Origin: Fimbriimonadales bacterium | Lineage (GTDB): Bacteria > Armatimonadota > Fimbriimonadia > Fimbriimonadales > ATM1 | DNA: 64,000 nt | Direction of reading: 5' to 3' | Assembly: GCA_041744215.1 (NCBI GenBank) | Contig: JBGTLG010000036.1 | Location: 27,188 to 91,187 of the forward strand | Shown: positions 10,661-20,149 of the stretch, one piece after another | Position numbering within the stretch: the stretch's first letter is position 1 | Layout: every line of letters starts with the position of its first letter | The notes under the pieces: model-generated | Database searches by the model: none | Told to the model about the DNA's origin: nothing | Seen by the model: only the letters and a program-made list of their open reading frames with translations | Made by a program: the position numbers and the translations under genes

Positions 10661-11114
10661 TTGCAGCTGTCTTTTCCTCGATCGCGACAACAGCCTGCTC
10701 TGGCGTAGCGAGCTTCTCATAGAAGGAGTCAAGGAAGCTCCGGATCTGTGCGACAAACGCCGCCTTCTCAGAACGCAAGCGCTCGATCTCTGCGACGACT
10801 TGAAGCCGACTGAGTTCGGCTTCCCTCAAGATAAGTTCCGCCTCTTTCCGTGCGTTCGCACGAACTTCTTCCGCGGCTCCTTGAGCAACTATGATCGCAT
10901 CTTTGACCTGGTTCTCGATTTCTGCAAGCCGAGTCCGATCGGATTCGGCAGTGGCAAGCCGGTCCTTCAAAACGCGAGCTTCACGCTCGAGTGTTTCGAT
11001 TTCAGCAGCCACACGTTCCAGAAACGCTCGAACCTCAGCAGTGTTGTAACCTTTTAGCGATGAAGAAAATTCCTTTTTCTCGATGTCGAGTGCCGTAATC
11101 CGTGGCTTGCTCAT
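10653..11114 (-). CDS. divIVA: DivIVA domain protein
   Basis: [27 protein letters not shown] followed by coiled coil. Confidence 0.85.
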   Translation of the reverse strand: MSKPRITALDIEKKEFSSSLKGYNTAEVRAFLERVAAEIETLEREARVLKDRLATAESDRTRLAEIENQVKDAIIVAQGAAEEVRANARKEAELILREAELSRLQVVAEIERLRSEKAAFVAQIRSFLDSFYEKLATPEQAVVAIEEKTAASG

Positions 11115-11721
11115 CGCGAACGTTGCCTCCCTTGAGTTTTTCCTTTAGGCGGTTCAGATTTACCAGTGCAGACCGATCGTCCGGCGAACGCTGGAGCCTA
11201 GTCTCGACGACTCGAATCGCTTCGTTGATCAGCCCCATCTCTTCGTAGGATTTCATCAGCATCACAAAGATGCCGATGCTGCGCGTTGTTGGTAGGAATG
11301 GTTCAAGAATGGGCGGTATCCGATCCCAAAGCTTCTGGTAACGATAGATGTCAGCCTCAGTCTCTACGCCGACTTCATCAACCGGATTCGTGGAGCGAAA
11401 CCGCAGCGACTGCGTAATCGCAAGATCGAATCGCCCAGTGCTGCGCAGATAGAAGACAAGGTCGCTGTTGATCGATCCATCTCGGGGATTTGCACCAAGC
11501 CGAATCGTCAGCAGTGAGATCACCTCGTGATACTGTCCGTCGTGGTAGTACCGATCGGCTCGCAGTGCGATCTCGTTGTCGTACATGTCGTAGATTTGGC
11601 CAGCGCGGCGCTCACCCGGGGGGGCGAGGCGGCCAACGTCCTTCGGTTCCTCGTGAGAATGGTCCGGCTGCGCCAATCCTAGGACGGGGGCCAGCGCAAG
11701 CACAGCGACCCAGCGCCTCAT
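11035..11721 (-). CDS. secreted TPR-like protein
   Basis: Signal peptide and helical TPR-like repeats; 3' end overlaps divIVA by 80 nt. Confidence 0.65.
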   Translation of the reverse strand: MRRWVAVLALAPVLGLAQPDHSHEEPKDVGRLAPPGERRAGQIYDMYDNEIALRADRYYHDGQYHEVISLLTIRLGANPRDGSINSDLVFYLRSTGRFDLAITQSLRFRSTNPVDEVGVETEADIYRYQKLWDRIPPILEPFLPTTRSIGIFVMLMKSYEEMGLINEAIRVVETRLQRSPDDRSALVNLNRLKEKLKGGNVRDEQATDYGTRHREKGIFFIAKRLQHC

Positions 11722-13160
11722 CGCTCAAGCTCCTGTAGCAATACTCGGCTGACTATCTCGGGATTTGCTTTACCTTGTGACCTTTTCATGATTTGTCCGA
11801 CCAGGAAGCCCTGAATACTCGTTTTGCCTTCCTTATACTTTTGGACGGCTTCGGGGTTCTGATTCATCGCATCAATTACGAATTCCCTGATTTCAGTCTC
11901 GTCGGTGATCTGGGCGAGTCCATCCTGACTGACGATCCTCGAAGGCAAATCGCCGGAAGAGAACGCCTTAGAAAAGACCTCTTTTGCCTGCTTGCCGTTG
12001 ATCCGGTTCCCTTTCAGCACACTCACAAGGTCAACGAGGTGAGCTGGAGTGACCTTCGACGCCCGCGCGGAGAGACCCTCTTCGTTCAGCATGGCCAGGA
12101 AGTCGGAGTTCATCCAGTTGCACACCAACTTGGGATCTCCTCCAGCCTCGACCGCCTCGTCGTAGTACTCCGCCCACCCGCGATCCTCGGTGATCAGCAG
12201 CCCTGCGTCGTAGGCACCCAGGCCATGCTCCTCCATGTACCTCTTCCTGCGAGCCATCGGCAACTCGGGCAGCCCAGCCCGGATCCCCTCGACGTGTTCC
12301 TCGTCAAACTCCATTGGCGGCAAATCCGGGTCTGGGAAGTAGCGGTAGTCATGCTCCCGCTCCTTCATTCGCATTGGAAAGCTTTTCTGACCCGCCTCGT
12401 CCCAGCCGCGTGTCTCCTGATGGAGGATGCCTCCCGATTCCAAGGTTGTGATCATTCGCTCAGTCTCGTACTCGATCCCGAGACTAACTGCCTTGAATGA
12501 GCCAAGGTTTTTTAGCTCCGCTTTCGTTCCCAATTCGCTCGCGCCTTCCTTCGCTACTGATATGTTCGGCTCGCAACGAAAACTGCCCTGCTCCATTCTC
12601 CCGTCCGAAACCTCGAGGTGAATGAGCGTTAGCCGCAGATAGTGGAGGTACTCCCTTGCGTCTTCCGAGGAGTGAATGTCTGGAGGAAATGCCGTTACGA
12701 TCTCCATCAGCGGGACGCCCGCCCGATTGAAGTCAACGCCGGCTTTGCCGCCTGGGAGGTGCATAAGCTTGCCAGTGTCTTCTTCAAGGTGGATTCTCTG
12801 AATTTGAACCTGCCTGACGCTATCCCCAGAGGGAATCTCGATCCAGCCGTGATAGCCGATCGGATTCGTTTCTCCGTACTGACTGACCTGATACCCTTTC
12901 GGCAGATCTGGATAGAAGTAGTTTTTGCGATGAAAGACGCTTCGCATCGCGATTGAGCAGTTGAGCGCGAGCGCTGTCCGTAGCACATGCTCGACCGCCT
13001 GCCGATTGATGACCGGCAGACTCCCGGGGAGTCCCAGACACACCGGGCAGACGCGAGTATTGACCTCCCCCCCGAAAGTGCTCGGACAGCGGCAAAACAT
13101 CTTGCTCTTGGTGAGGAGTTCGGCGTGAACCTCCATGCCCACGCTCGTTACATATCCCAT
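11718..13160 (-). CDS. gatB: Asp/Glu-tRNA amidotransferase subunit B
   Basis: [47 protein letters not shown]. Confidence 0.97.
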   Translation of the reverse strand: MGYVTSVGMEVHAELLTKSKMFCRCPSTFGGEVNTRVCPVCLGLPGSLPVINRQAVEHVLRTALALNCSIAMRSVFHRKNYFYPDLPKGYQVSQYGETNPIGYHGWIEIPSGDSVRQVQIQRIHLEEDTGKLMHLPGGKAGVDFNRAGVPLMEIVTAFPPDIHSSEDAREYLHYLRLTLIHLEVSDGRMEQGSFRCEPNISVAKEGASELGTKAELKNLGSFKAVSLGIEYETERMITTLESGGILHQETRGWDEAGQKSFPMRMKEREHDYRYFPDPDLPPMEFDEEHVEGIRAGLPELPMARRKRYMEEHGLGAYDAGLLITEDRGWAEYYDEAVEAGGDPKLVCNWMNSDFLAMLNEEGLSARASKVTPAHLVDLVSVLKGNRINGKQAKEVFSKAFSSGDLPSRIVSQDGLAQITDETEIREFVIDAMNQNPEAVQKYKEGKTSIQGFLVGQIMKRSQGKANPEIVSRVLLQELER

Positions 13161-13280
13161 CTAGGCAATTTTGACACCTTGCGCGCGATTTACTGCCCAC
13201 ACCGGCATGAAAGTCGTGATAAGATGGACTGTGTGTGCTCATAGCTTAGGCTAAAGCCCACGGCATAAGGAGAACTCAAC

Positions 13281-13958
13281 ATGTCAGTTAAGAAAATTGC
13301 GATACCCTTGTTTCTCGTCGTTGCGCCGGTGCTAGGTGCCGCCCAATGGGTCGAAGGTAGCAGAAGCCTGTTGACAGGCGCGAACTCGCTCTTCGGGCCG
13401 ACTGGTTTGATCGTGATCCCTACCGCCTACACCGTCGAGAAGAACATGTTCGCGGTGAGCGGCTCCTTCGGCAAAAACATGCGAGGGCCTGCCGCCAACT
13501 TCGGCATCCTCGATTTTATTGAGATCGGCGGCGCGTTCATTGATCGTGAAGGCGCATCCAACAAAGCGATCGCGAACGGCAAGGTCACGATTCTGCCTCA
13601 GAACTTCAAAAACTTTGAAATCGGCATCGGCGTTATCGATGCGCTCGACGCGATCGGTCGTACTCTTTACGTCGTCGGAAGTGCCGACTTCATCCCGCCG
13701 AACATAGACGAGCCAATCGCAGGGACGCCGCCTGTCGGGTTCAAAGTCCATGCAGGAGTTGGATCGGGAATGTTTAACGAGGAGCTGTTTGCGGGCGCAG
13801 AGGTCCTCTTCGGGAACAAGTTCAGCCTGATTGGCGAGTGGGACACGAGCAACTTCAACGGCGCGGTTCGATACAGTCCAAATGAGCAGGTGCGAATTCA
13901 GTTTGGATTCATGAAGACCGATCTGTTCTTCGGTATCACCGGCAAGTTCCGGATGTAG
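13281..13958 (+). CDS. YjbH-like outer-membrane beta-barrel protein
   Basis: Signal peptide, GPTGLIVIPTA motif, amphipathic beta strands; SD AAGGAG. Confidence 0.6.
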   Translation: MSVKKIAIPLFLVVAPVLGAAQWVEGSRSLLTGANSLFGPTGLIVIPTAYTVEKNMFAVSGSFGKNMRGPAANFGILDFIEIGGAFIDREGASNKAIANGKVTILPQNFKNFEIGIGVIDALDAIGRTLYVVGSADFIPPNIDEPIAGTPPVGFKVHAGVGSGMFNEELFAGAEVLFGNKFSLIGEWDTSNFNGAVRYSPNEQVRIQFGFMKTDLFFGITGKFRM

Positions 13959-13965
13959 GCGATTG

Positions 13966-13991
13966 CCTGGCCGCCCGTCTGGGCGGCCAGG
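13966..13991 (+). terminator. GC-rich hairpin after YjbH-like gene
   Basis: CCTGGCCGCCC-GTCT-GGGCGGCCAGG, perfect 11-bp stem; no clear U-tract. Confidence 0.5.
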
Positions 13992-14025
13992 TGAACTTCA
14001 TTGGCCCCATGGCGTAGAACGGAAT

Positions 14026-14610
14026 GTGAAAGGTTTAGTTGCCGCTTTGGTGTTGATTGCGGGTCTGAGCTTGGCGCTGGCCCAACGCGTGGCTGGAGGC
14101 CCGAAACCTGGGGAGGACGCGATTGACTTTTCTTTGAAGATCGTCGGCGAGGACAAGAGATTTAAGCTCAGGGATAACTACGGGAAGCGGCCGACGATTC
14201 TCATTTTTGGCAGCTACACCTGACCGCCGTTTCGCTCGCAGGTCGGCGAGCTCGAAAAGCTGTATCAGGAGTACAAGCAGAATGCGGACTTCTGGATCGT
14301 TTACATTCGCGAAGCGCATCCCTCAGACGGCTGGCAAGTCGCGCAAAACGAGCGACAGGGCGTCGTGATAACCGATCCCAAGACCGAAGCCGAACGGGAG
14401 GCGATTGCGGGCCGCTGCGTCCGCGAGTTAGGATTGACGATTCCTGCGGTCATCGACGGTATGGAAAACAAGATCGGGAACGCCTATGCCGCATGGCCGG
14501 ATAGGATTTACATCGTTGGTGTCGACGGAAAGATAGCGTATCAGGGCGAGCCGGGACCGAGGGGGTTTAAGCCCTCGGAGGCGAAAGCGGCGTTGCTGAA
14601 GATTCTTTGA
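14026..14610 (+). CDS. deiodinase-like thioredoxin-fold selenoprotein (UGA at 14221-14223 read as Sec66)
   Basis: ORFs 13963..14223 and 14365..14610 share a frame; read-through gives FGSYT-U-PPFR...VYIREAHPSDGW...YAAWPDRIY; SECIS-like hairpin follows the UGA. Confidence 0.88.
14221..14257 (+). promoter_or_regulatory. bacterial SECIS-like element
   Basis: TGA-N6-TTTCG.CTCGC-AGGTCG-GCGAG.CT.CGAAA hairpin; GGU in the apical loop after a 17-nt gap from the UGA. Confidence 0.75.
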
Positions 14611-14625
14611 AGTATTCTGCAGCGC

Positions 14626-16266
14626 ATGTCCACAGAGCGGCTTCATGCACTGTTTTCGTCCGACTGGGAATGGCGCATGAAGGAGTATCCCGAGCGCGCC
14701 TCCTTTTACGGCGATAAACGGTATGCCGATCGCATTACGGATCAAAGCATCGAAGCGATCGAGCGACGGTACGACGATTTGGCTGCACGGCTTGCCGAAG
14801 TCGAAGCGATTGCCGACGAACAACTGTCAGAAGGAGATCGCCTCAATCGCGCGATCTTCGAACGCATGCTCCGCGACGAAGTGGAAGGTCGAGAGTTCCG
14901 CGACTATCTCCTACCGATTCAAGCGCGATCCGGCCCTCAATTCTATGGCGACATCGCGCGAAACATCTCTTTCAACTCGGACGAGGACTACGAAGCGTGG
15001 CTTTCGCGAATGGCGCAGTTCCCGAAAATGATCGATCGAGTAATCGAGGTTCTTCGTGAAGGGGTCGCCAGCGGGATCGTACATCCGAAGGTTGTTATGC
15101 AACGCGTTCCTGCGCAACTCGAGAAGCAACTAACGGGCAACCCAGCGGATTCTTCCTTCTATGCATCGTTCGCATCAAATCGAAAGTTCGCGGATCGCGG
15201 AATGGAATCCATTCGATCTCATATCATCCCTGCCTTTGGAAAGCTGAGAGACTTCTTCGTTGCTGAGTATCTGCCAAACTGCTTAGGCGATGTGGGCGTT
15301 TGGCAGCTACCGCAAGGCGCGGAGCGTTACGCTTACGCCATTCGCGAACAAACGACGACCAGCCTCTCAGCGAAAGAGATACATGACATCGGTTTGCAGC
15401 AAGTGCAACTTCTCCGTGAGAGGATGGAACGCTGTAAAGAGCGCGCCGGGTTCAACGGAACCCTGGACGAGTTCTTTCGCTTCCTTCGCACCGATCCTCG
15501 CTTCTTCTTTTCAACTGGCGGAGAGTTGCTTTCAGCCTATCGCGCGATGGCGAAAGAGATTGACTTGCAGCTCGTCAAAGTCTTCTCGAAACTCCCTCGC
15601 ACACCTTATGGCGTCACGCCGATTCCAATGGATTCTGCCCCCGACACGACGACCGCGTATTACATGCCACCCGCTGCAGACGGATCGCGCGCAGGCCAGC
15701 ACTTCGTAAATCTCTACAAGCCGGAAACGCGACCGAAGTGGGAAATGATGACGCTCTCGCTTCACGAAGCGGTGCCTGGCCATCACCTTCAGATCGCTTA
15801 CGCGATGGAACTTGGTGAGATGTCCGAGTTTCGCAAGCACGGACACTTCACGGGATACATAGAAGGGTGGGCGATGCACGCTGAAACTCTTGGATACGAT
15901 ATGGGGTTCTTCGAAGATCCCTATTACGAGTTCGGACACCTAACCTACATGATGTGGCGCGCCGTCCGTTTAGTTGTGGACACGGGAATTCACGCATTCC
16001 GCTGGAAACGCGAACAAGCTATCGAATACTTCATGCAGAATGCGGCGAAACAAGAGCACGACGTAATCAATGAAATTGATCGCTACATCGTCTGGCCAGG
16101 GCAAGCGCTCGCATACATGATCGGTTACCTGAAGGTGAACGAATTGAAAGAACGTGCGCTGTCATCGGGGCAGACGCTTAAGCAGTTCCACGAAGCAATA
16201 CTCGACTTGGGGCCGCTGCCTCTAGATGTTTTGGACACGGAGTTAGCGAAGTTTGCTAAGCAATAA
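14626..16266 (+). CDS. DUF885 family protein (HExxH-like putative metallopeptidase)
   Basis: HEAVPGHHLQ, EGWAMHAE, WRAVRLVVDTGIH, EIDRY...PGQALAY. Confidence 0.92.
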   Translation: MSTERLHALFSSDWEWRMKEYPERASFYGDKRYADRITDQSIEAIERRYDDLAARLAEVEAIADEQLSEGDRLNRAIFERMLRDEVEGREFRDYLLPIQARSGPQFYGDIARNISFNSDEDYEAWLSRMAQFPKMIDRVIEVLREGVASGIVHPKVVMQRVPAQLEKQLTGNPADSSFYASFASNRKFADRGMESIRSHIIPAFGKLRDFFVAEYLPNCLGDVGVWQLPQGAERYAYAIREQTTTSLSAKEIHDIGLQQVQLLRERMERCKERAGFNGTLDEFFRFLRTDPRFFFSTGGELLSAYRAMAKEIDLQLVKVFSKLPRTPYGVTPIPMDSAPDTTTAYYMPPAADGSRAGQHFVNLYKPETRPKWEMMTLSLHEAVPGHHLQIAYAMELGEMSEFRKHGHFTGYIEGWAMHAETLGYDMGFFEDPYYEFGHLTYMMWRAVRLVVDTGIHAFRWKREQAIEYFMQNAAKQEHDVINEIDRYIVWPGQALAYMIGYLKVNELKERALSSGQTLKQFHEAILDLGPLPLDVLDTELAKFAKQ

Positions 16267-17584
16267 CCCGAGTTAGCGGCTCCGGCGCCATCCTGCGATA
16301 CTCCGGCCCATCAACGATCGAATGACCGTGACGAATGAAGTATTCGAACTCTTCGGGAAACACCTTCAGCGCTCCCGCAACTGGCCACGCAGCAGCGTCC
16401 CCCAAACCGCAGAAAGAACGCCCGTCGATCTGTGAGCAGACCTCCTTCAACAACTCGATGTCCTCCATGCGCCCGCCGCCTTTTCGAATTCGATCGAGGA
16501 CCTGCTCCATCCACGTTGTTCCTTCGCGACACGGTGTGCATTTCCCACATGATTCGCGCGCATAAAAGAGAGACGTCCGCCAGATAAACGTAACAATGCA
16601 CGTGTGCTCGTTGAGAAACATGCATCCACCAGATCCCACCATGCTCCCCGCATCGAACATCTCTTCGTACCCGATGACTGCGCTCATCGTCTGCTCTGCG
16701 TTCAGAATTGGAACGGATGATCCTCCCGGGACGCAAGCCTTGAGCGCGCCACCCTTCATCCCTCCCGCTAACTCCAAGAGTTCAGCCAACGTCGTTCCAA
16801 ACTCGACTTCATAGTTGGCGGGCTTGTTGACATGACCAGAGACGCTGAAGATCTTCGTTCCTCGAGAATTCTTCGTGGACGCGCCAAGCGTCGCATACCA
16901 CTCCCCGCCGTTCACGAGGATGTGCGGAGCGCACGCATAAGTTTCTACGTTGTTGATCACCGTTGGGCAATCCCACAACCCCGCGACGGTCGGTAACGGC
17001 GCGTGAGGAAACTTCAATCGGGGCATTCCGCGCTCGCCCATCAAACTGCTCATGAGCGCACTCTCTTCGCCGCATTCATAGGAGCCAGCGCCGAGATGAA
17101 CATACATATCGAAATCCCATCCGGTGCCCTGAATGTTCTTCCCCAAAAACCCCGCAGCGTAGGCTTCGTCGATCGCCTGCTTGACTGCCCTCGCACAATC
17201 GACAAACTCCCCGCGAATGTATACATACCCAACGTCGCCCTGGGTGGCCCATCCTGCAATCATCATCCCCTCGATCATCAAGTGGGGAGTGTTCTCCATC
17301 AACTCCTTGTCCTTAAACGTGCCGGGCTCACCCTCGTCTGCGTTACAAAGTATGTAATGTGGCTTGGTCTTTTCCTTCTCGATTCCGTTCCACTTGATCC
17401 ACGTAGGAAAGCCCGCGCCGCCGCGCCCGCGAAGGCCACTCGCTTTGATCTCGTCGATGACGGCCTGTCGGTCCATACCCAGAGCCTTTTTGAGGCCAGC
17501 GTAGCCACCTTTGGACATATAGCCTTGAATCGTTCGGTAGCTGGGGTCGCCGGAGTGTTTCAGGAGGAGTCGGGTTTCGGTCAT
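16256..17584 (-). CDS. nuoF: NADH-quinone oxidoreductase subunit F
   Basis: SGLRGRGGAGFPT, NADEGEPGTFKD, YECGEESAL, ESCGKCTPCREG, FCGLG. Confidence 0.93.
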   Translation of the reverse strand: MTETRLLLKHSGDPSYRTIQGYMSKGGYAGLKKALGMDRQAVIDEIKASGLRGRGGAGFPTWIKWNGIEKEKTKPHYILCNADEGEPGTFKDKELMENTPHLMIEGMMIAGWATQGDVGYVYIRGEFVDCARAVKQAIDEAYAAGFLGKNIQGTGWDFDMYVHLGAGSYECGEESALMSSLMGERGMPRLKFPHAPLPTVAGLWDCPTVINNVETYACAPHILVNGGEWYATLGASTKNSRGTKIFSVSGHVNKPANYEVEFGTTLAELLELAGGMKGGALKACVPGGSSVPILNAEQTMSAVIGYEEMFDAGSMVGSGGCMFLNEHTCIVTFIWRTSLFYARESCGKCTPCREGTTWMEQVLDRIRKGGGRMEDIELLKEVCSQIDGRSFCGLGDAAAWPVAGALKVFPEEFEYFIRHGHSIVDGPEYRRMAPEPLTRVIA

Positions 17585-17612
17585 CGCTTCGGCTATTATA
17601 CGGAAGATCGAA

Positions 17613-18122
17613 ATGTCTCGTGTTTGCCCCGACTGCCGGATCGAGTTGCAGGTGATCGAACATCAGAGAATTCATCTCGACGCGTGTCCCCAATGCGCCG
17701 GAATCTGGTTCGACGACTCGGAACTGCGGAATGTGCAAGATTCGTTGACTGAGCTCGATCGGCGTGTGCAACCCGAGAGTTATCAGCGGACAGCTGGGCC
17801 ATACCGCTTATGTCCGGAATGCGACTCTCCCTTAGCCAGATACCGCTACCTCTACACTTCGAATGTCGAACTGGACGGCTGCGACCGCTGTGGCGGATGT
17901 TGGGTTGAGAATGGCGAGCTTAATGCGATGCATGAGTTCCTGACGCACGAGCGAAGTCCTCCGTCAACACCCGAAGAGATGCAAAAGCTTCTCTTAGGCG
18001 TACTCGGAGCACAAGGCGAAAGGAGCCGTGTGAGGGCAAAAGAAGTGGAAGACGGCGCAAAGGGCTTGGTACGGAGACCATTCTTCCATTGGTGGGTGGG
18101 CTATGGCGGACTGAAGGACTGA
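17613..18122 (+). CDS. double zinc-ribbon (zf-TFIIB-like) protein
   Basis: Two CPxC...DxCxxCxGxW repeats. Confidence 0.8.
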   Translation: MSRVCPDCRIELQVIEHQRIHLDACPQCAGIWFDDSELRNVQDSLTELDRRVQPESYQRTAGPYRLCPECDSPLARYRYLYTSNVELDGCDRCGGCWVENGELNAMHEFLTHERSPPSTPEEMQKLLLGVLGAQGERSRVRAKEVEDGAKGLVRRPFFHWWVGYGGLKD

Positions 18123-18168
18123 TTAGGGAGCGAATCGCTCCCAGATATCGTATGCAACTGAAGCGATC

Positions 18169-18876
18169 ATGAATGATATAACTCGAAGAACGCTGTTAGG
18201 ATCCGCAGCCGTCGCCGCGGGTGGATTCGCTTTCGCAGGATTGCCACGCATCGAAACCCCGCAAACAGGCAGTTTGGTCCTGCCGTCTGAAGAGCCCATG
18301 CCAACGCTCCCTGATAAAGTTCGGAGAACAGAATCGGTCGGAATCAGCATGAAGACGCATGAAGCCCACGAAAAACTGTGGCAGGGCTACGCACGCAAGA
18401 CCAACGAGATCCGGCAACTTCTGGCGCAGCTTCCCCCCGACGCTGCCAAAGCCAATCAAATCTACAGCGACCTTCGCTCCCTGAAGGTGGACTACTCGTT
18501 CGCGTACCAAGGGCTCCTCAATCACAACATTTACTTCGACACGATCGGTGGCGAAGGTGGCGAACCGAAAGGCCGTATTGGGGAGCTGATACGCGCAGCC
18601 TATGGCAGTTTCGATGTTTGGGCGGCCGATTGGAAGGCGACCGGCATCGCTGGTCGTGGGTGGGTCTTTCTCGCCTATGATCATTCGACCAAGCGCGTTT
18701 TCAACTATCTCGGAGATGCACAGAACACATTCCCGCTCTGGAATCACACTTGCGTTCTCGCTATGGACGTCTATGAGCACGCTTACTTTATCGACTTCGC
18801 AGAGCGCCGAGCAGCTTACATCGATGCATACATGAAAGTGATCGACTGGGGCGCGGTGAACTCACGCTTGCAGTAG
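18169..18876 (+). CDS. Fe/Mn superoxide dismutase with twin-arginine signal
   Basis: TRRTLL Tat motif; H...NHNIYF...MDVYEHAY ligands. Confidence 0.88.
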   Translation: MNDITRRTLLGSAAVAAGGFAFAGLPRIETPQTGSLVLPSEEPMPTLPDKVRRTESVGISMKTHEAHEKLWQGYARKTNEIRQLLAQLPPDAAKANQIYSDLRSLKVDYSFAYQGLLNHNIYFDTIGGEGGEPKGRIGELIRAAYGSFDVWAADWKATGIAGRGWVFLAYDHSTKRVFNYLGDAQNTFPLWNHTCVLAMDVYEHAYFIDFAERRAAYIDAYMKVIDWGAVNSRLQ

Positions 18877-18941
18877 GCGGTAAACTAACTTAGCAACAAA
18901 ACGAGTTCATGCACCGTCTTACGGTGAAGCAGGTTTTTCTT

Positions 18942-19520
18942 ATGACAGCGATACTCGAAGCGCCCGCATCGCAAGAGTTCAGGGAGAAGATTATCGAGGC
19001 AGCATCTCGACTCTTCCTTCGATATGGGTTCCACGCAACAGGAGTCGACACAATCGTCGCCGAAGCCGGCGTTGCGAAAATGACGCTCTACAAGCACTTC
19101 AACTCGAAGGAAGCTCTGATCGTAGAAGTGCTCAACAGGAACAGCGACGCGTGGATGAGTTGGCTCGGAGACAGAGTTGACGCGATCGGCGACACGCCGA
19201 GAAGGCGCGCCCTCGCAGTGTTCGATGCGTTCCAGGAGTGGTTTGCGCAGCCTGACTTTTGTGGCGATATGTTCCAATGCGCCTCGGCAGAGTTCTCGGA
19301 GACTGAAAATCCAGTCCACCTTGCGGCGCGCGCTCACCATGACCGATTCTCCCAGTACCTCATCGATTTGTGCACGGCAGCCGAGTGTCGCAGGCCGGAA
19401 ACGTCAGGCCGACGCCTAGCGATCATAGCCGCCGGTGCGATCGCGACCGCCATCGTAACACGCCGTCCGGAAGTCGCCAGAGAAGCGAGAAAAGTCGCAA
19501 AAGCGGTCGTCGAAGTCTAA
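18942..19520 (+). CDS. TetR/AcrR family regulator
   Basis: GFHATGVDTIVAEAGVAKMTLYKHFNSKEAL helix-turn-helix. Confidence 0.93.
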   Translation: MTAILEAPASQEFREKIIEAASRLFLRYGFHATGVDTIVAEAGVAKMTLYKHFNSKEALIVEVLNRNSDAWMSWLGDRVDAIGDTPRRRALAVFDAFQEWFAQPDFCGDMFQCASAEFSETENPVHLAARAHHDRFSQYLIDLCTAAECRRPETSGRRLAIIAAGAIATAIVTRRPEVAREARKVAKAVVEV

Positions 19521-19567
19521 TCCCCTCATCCCCAAGAGCGATGCCGCCACCGAAACTTGGAGGTGGC

Positions 19568-19861
19568 ATGAGCCTCTTTGTTGCAGCTATTGCAACTCTG
19601 ACTCCGATCAGCATGATTGGCTTCTTTCTCTCGGTATTCGGTCTGCTCACGGGCGTGATGCAAATCATGGGAGGATTGCGCAAGAGCGGCGCCTCCGAGG
19701 CATTTGAGTCGGTAACGGGTGCCTCGTGTGCATTGATCTTTGGAGCGCCGGTGCTGATAATCATCTGGGTCGTGCTGGGCATAACCCAGCGGAGCAGAAT
19801 CGACGAAGCTATGCTCCGCGAGGAATACTCGGGATCAGATTCAGAAGAAGACGTCGAGTAA
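19568..19861 (+). CDS. small hypothetical membrane protein
   Basis: SD GGAGG before ATG 19568, two hydrophobic segments, acidic tail. Confidence 0.55.
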   Translation: MSLFVAAIATLTPISMIGFFLSVFGLLTGVMQIMGGLRKSGASEAFESVTGASCALIFGAPVLIIIWVVLGITQRSRIDEAMLREEYSGSDSEEDVE

Positions 19862-20149
19862 ACCTCTAGCACCCTAAAGTTTTGCGTTTGAGCGGTGTTC
19901 GATTACACTGCTGTTTCTTCGCTCGCTTCGATGCCCACAACGACGGTTTCGATGAGTTGCAGGGGTGTCGCTTGTCCGGTTAGCGTATCCGCGAGGCTTC
20001 AGCCGAAGGCGTACACGCCGGGTGTCAGCGGAACGAGAACTTCGTCGGTCGAAGTTTCGAACGAATGAAATCCGCGTGACTTGAAGAACTGCGTTGGACA
20101 CCAGCGGATGTTCGCGCCTTAAGCAAGCCAGAGAGGGTTTACTCTCTGT

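Noticed and set aside
13963-14610. Two separate small ORFs or a nonsense pseudogene
   Set aside because: Same frame, the single TGA falls at the catalytic Sec position, and a SECIS-like hairpin follows; one recoded gene fits better
18912-18926. CACCGT-CTT-ACGGTG palindrome as TetR operator
   Set aside because: A single short palindrome that could equally be a weak terminator or chance; not supportable alone
19891-20121. tmRNA, permuted tmRNA or tRNA (GTTCGATT, GGTTTCGA, tag-like YAFG-stop)
   Set aside because: No acceptor stem, G-U alanine identity pair or CCA end found; kept only as an unexplained gap
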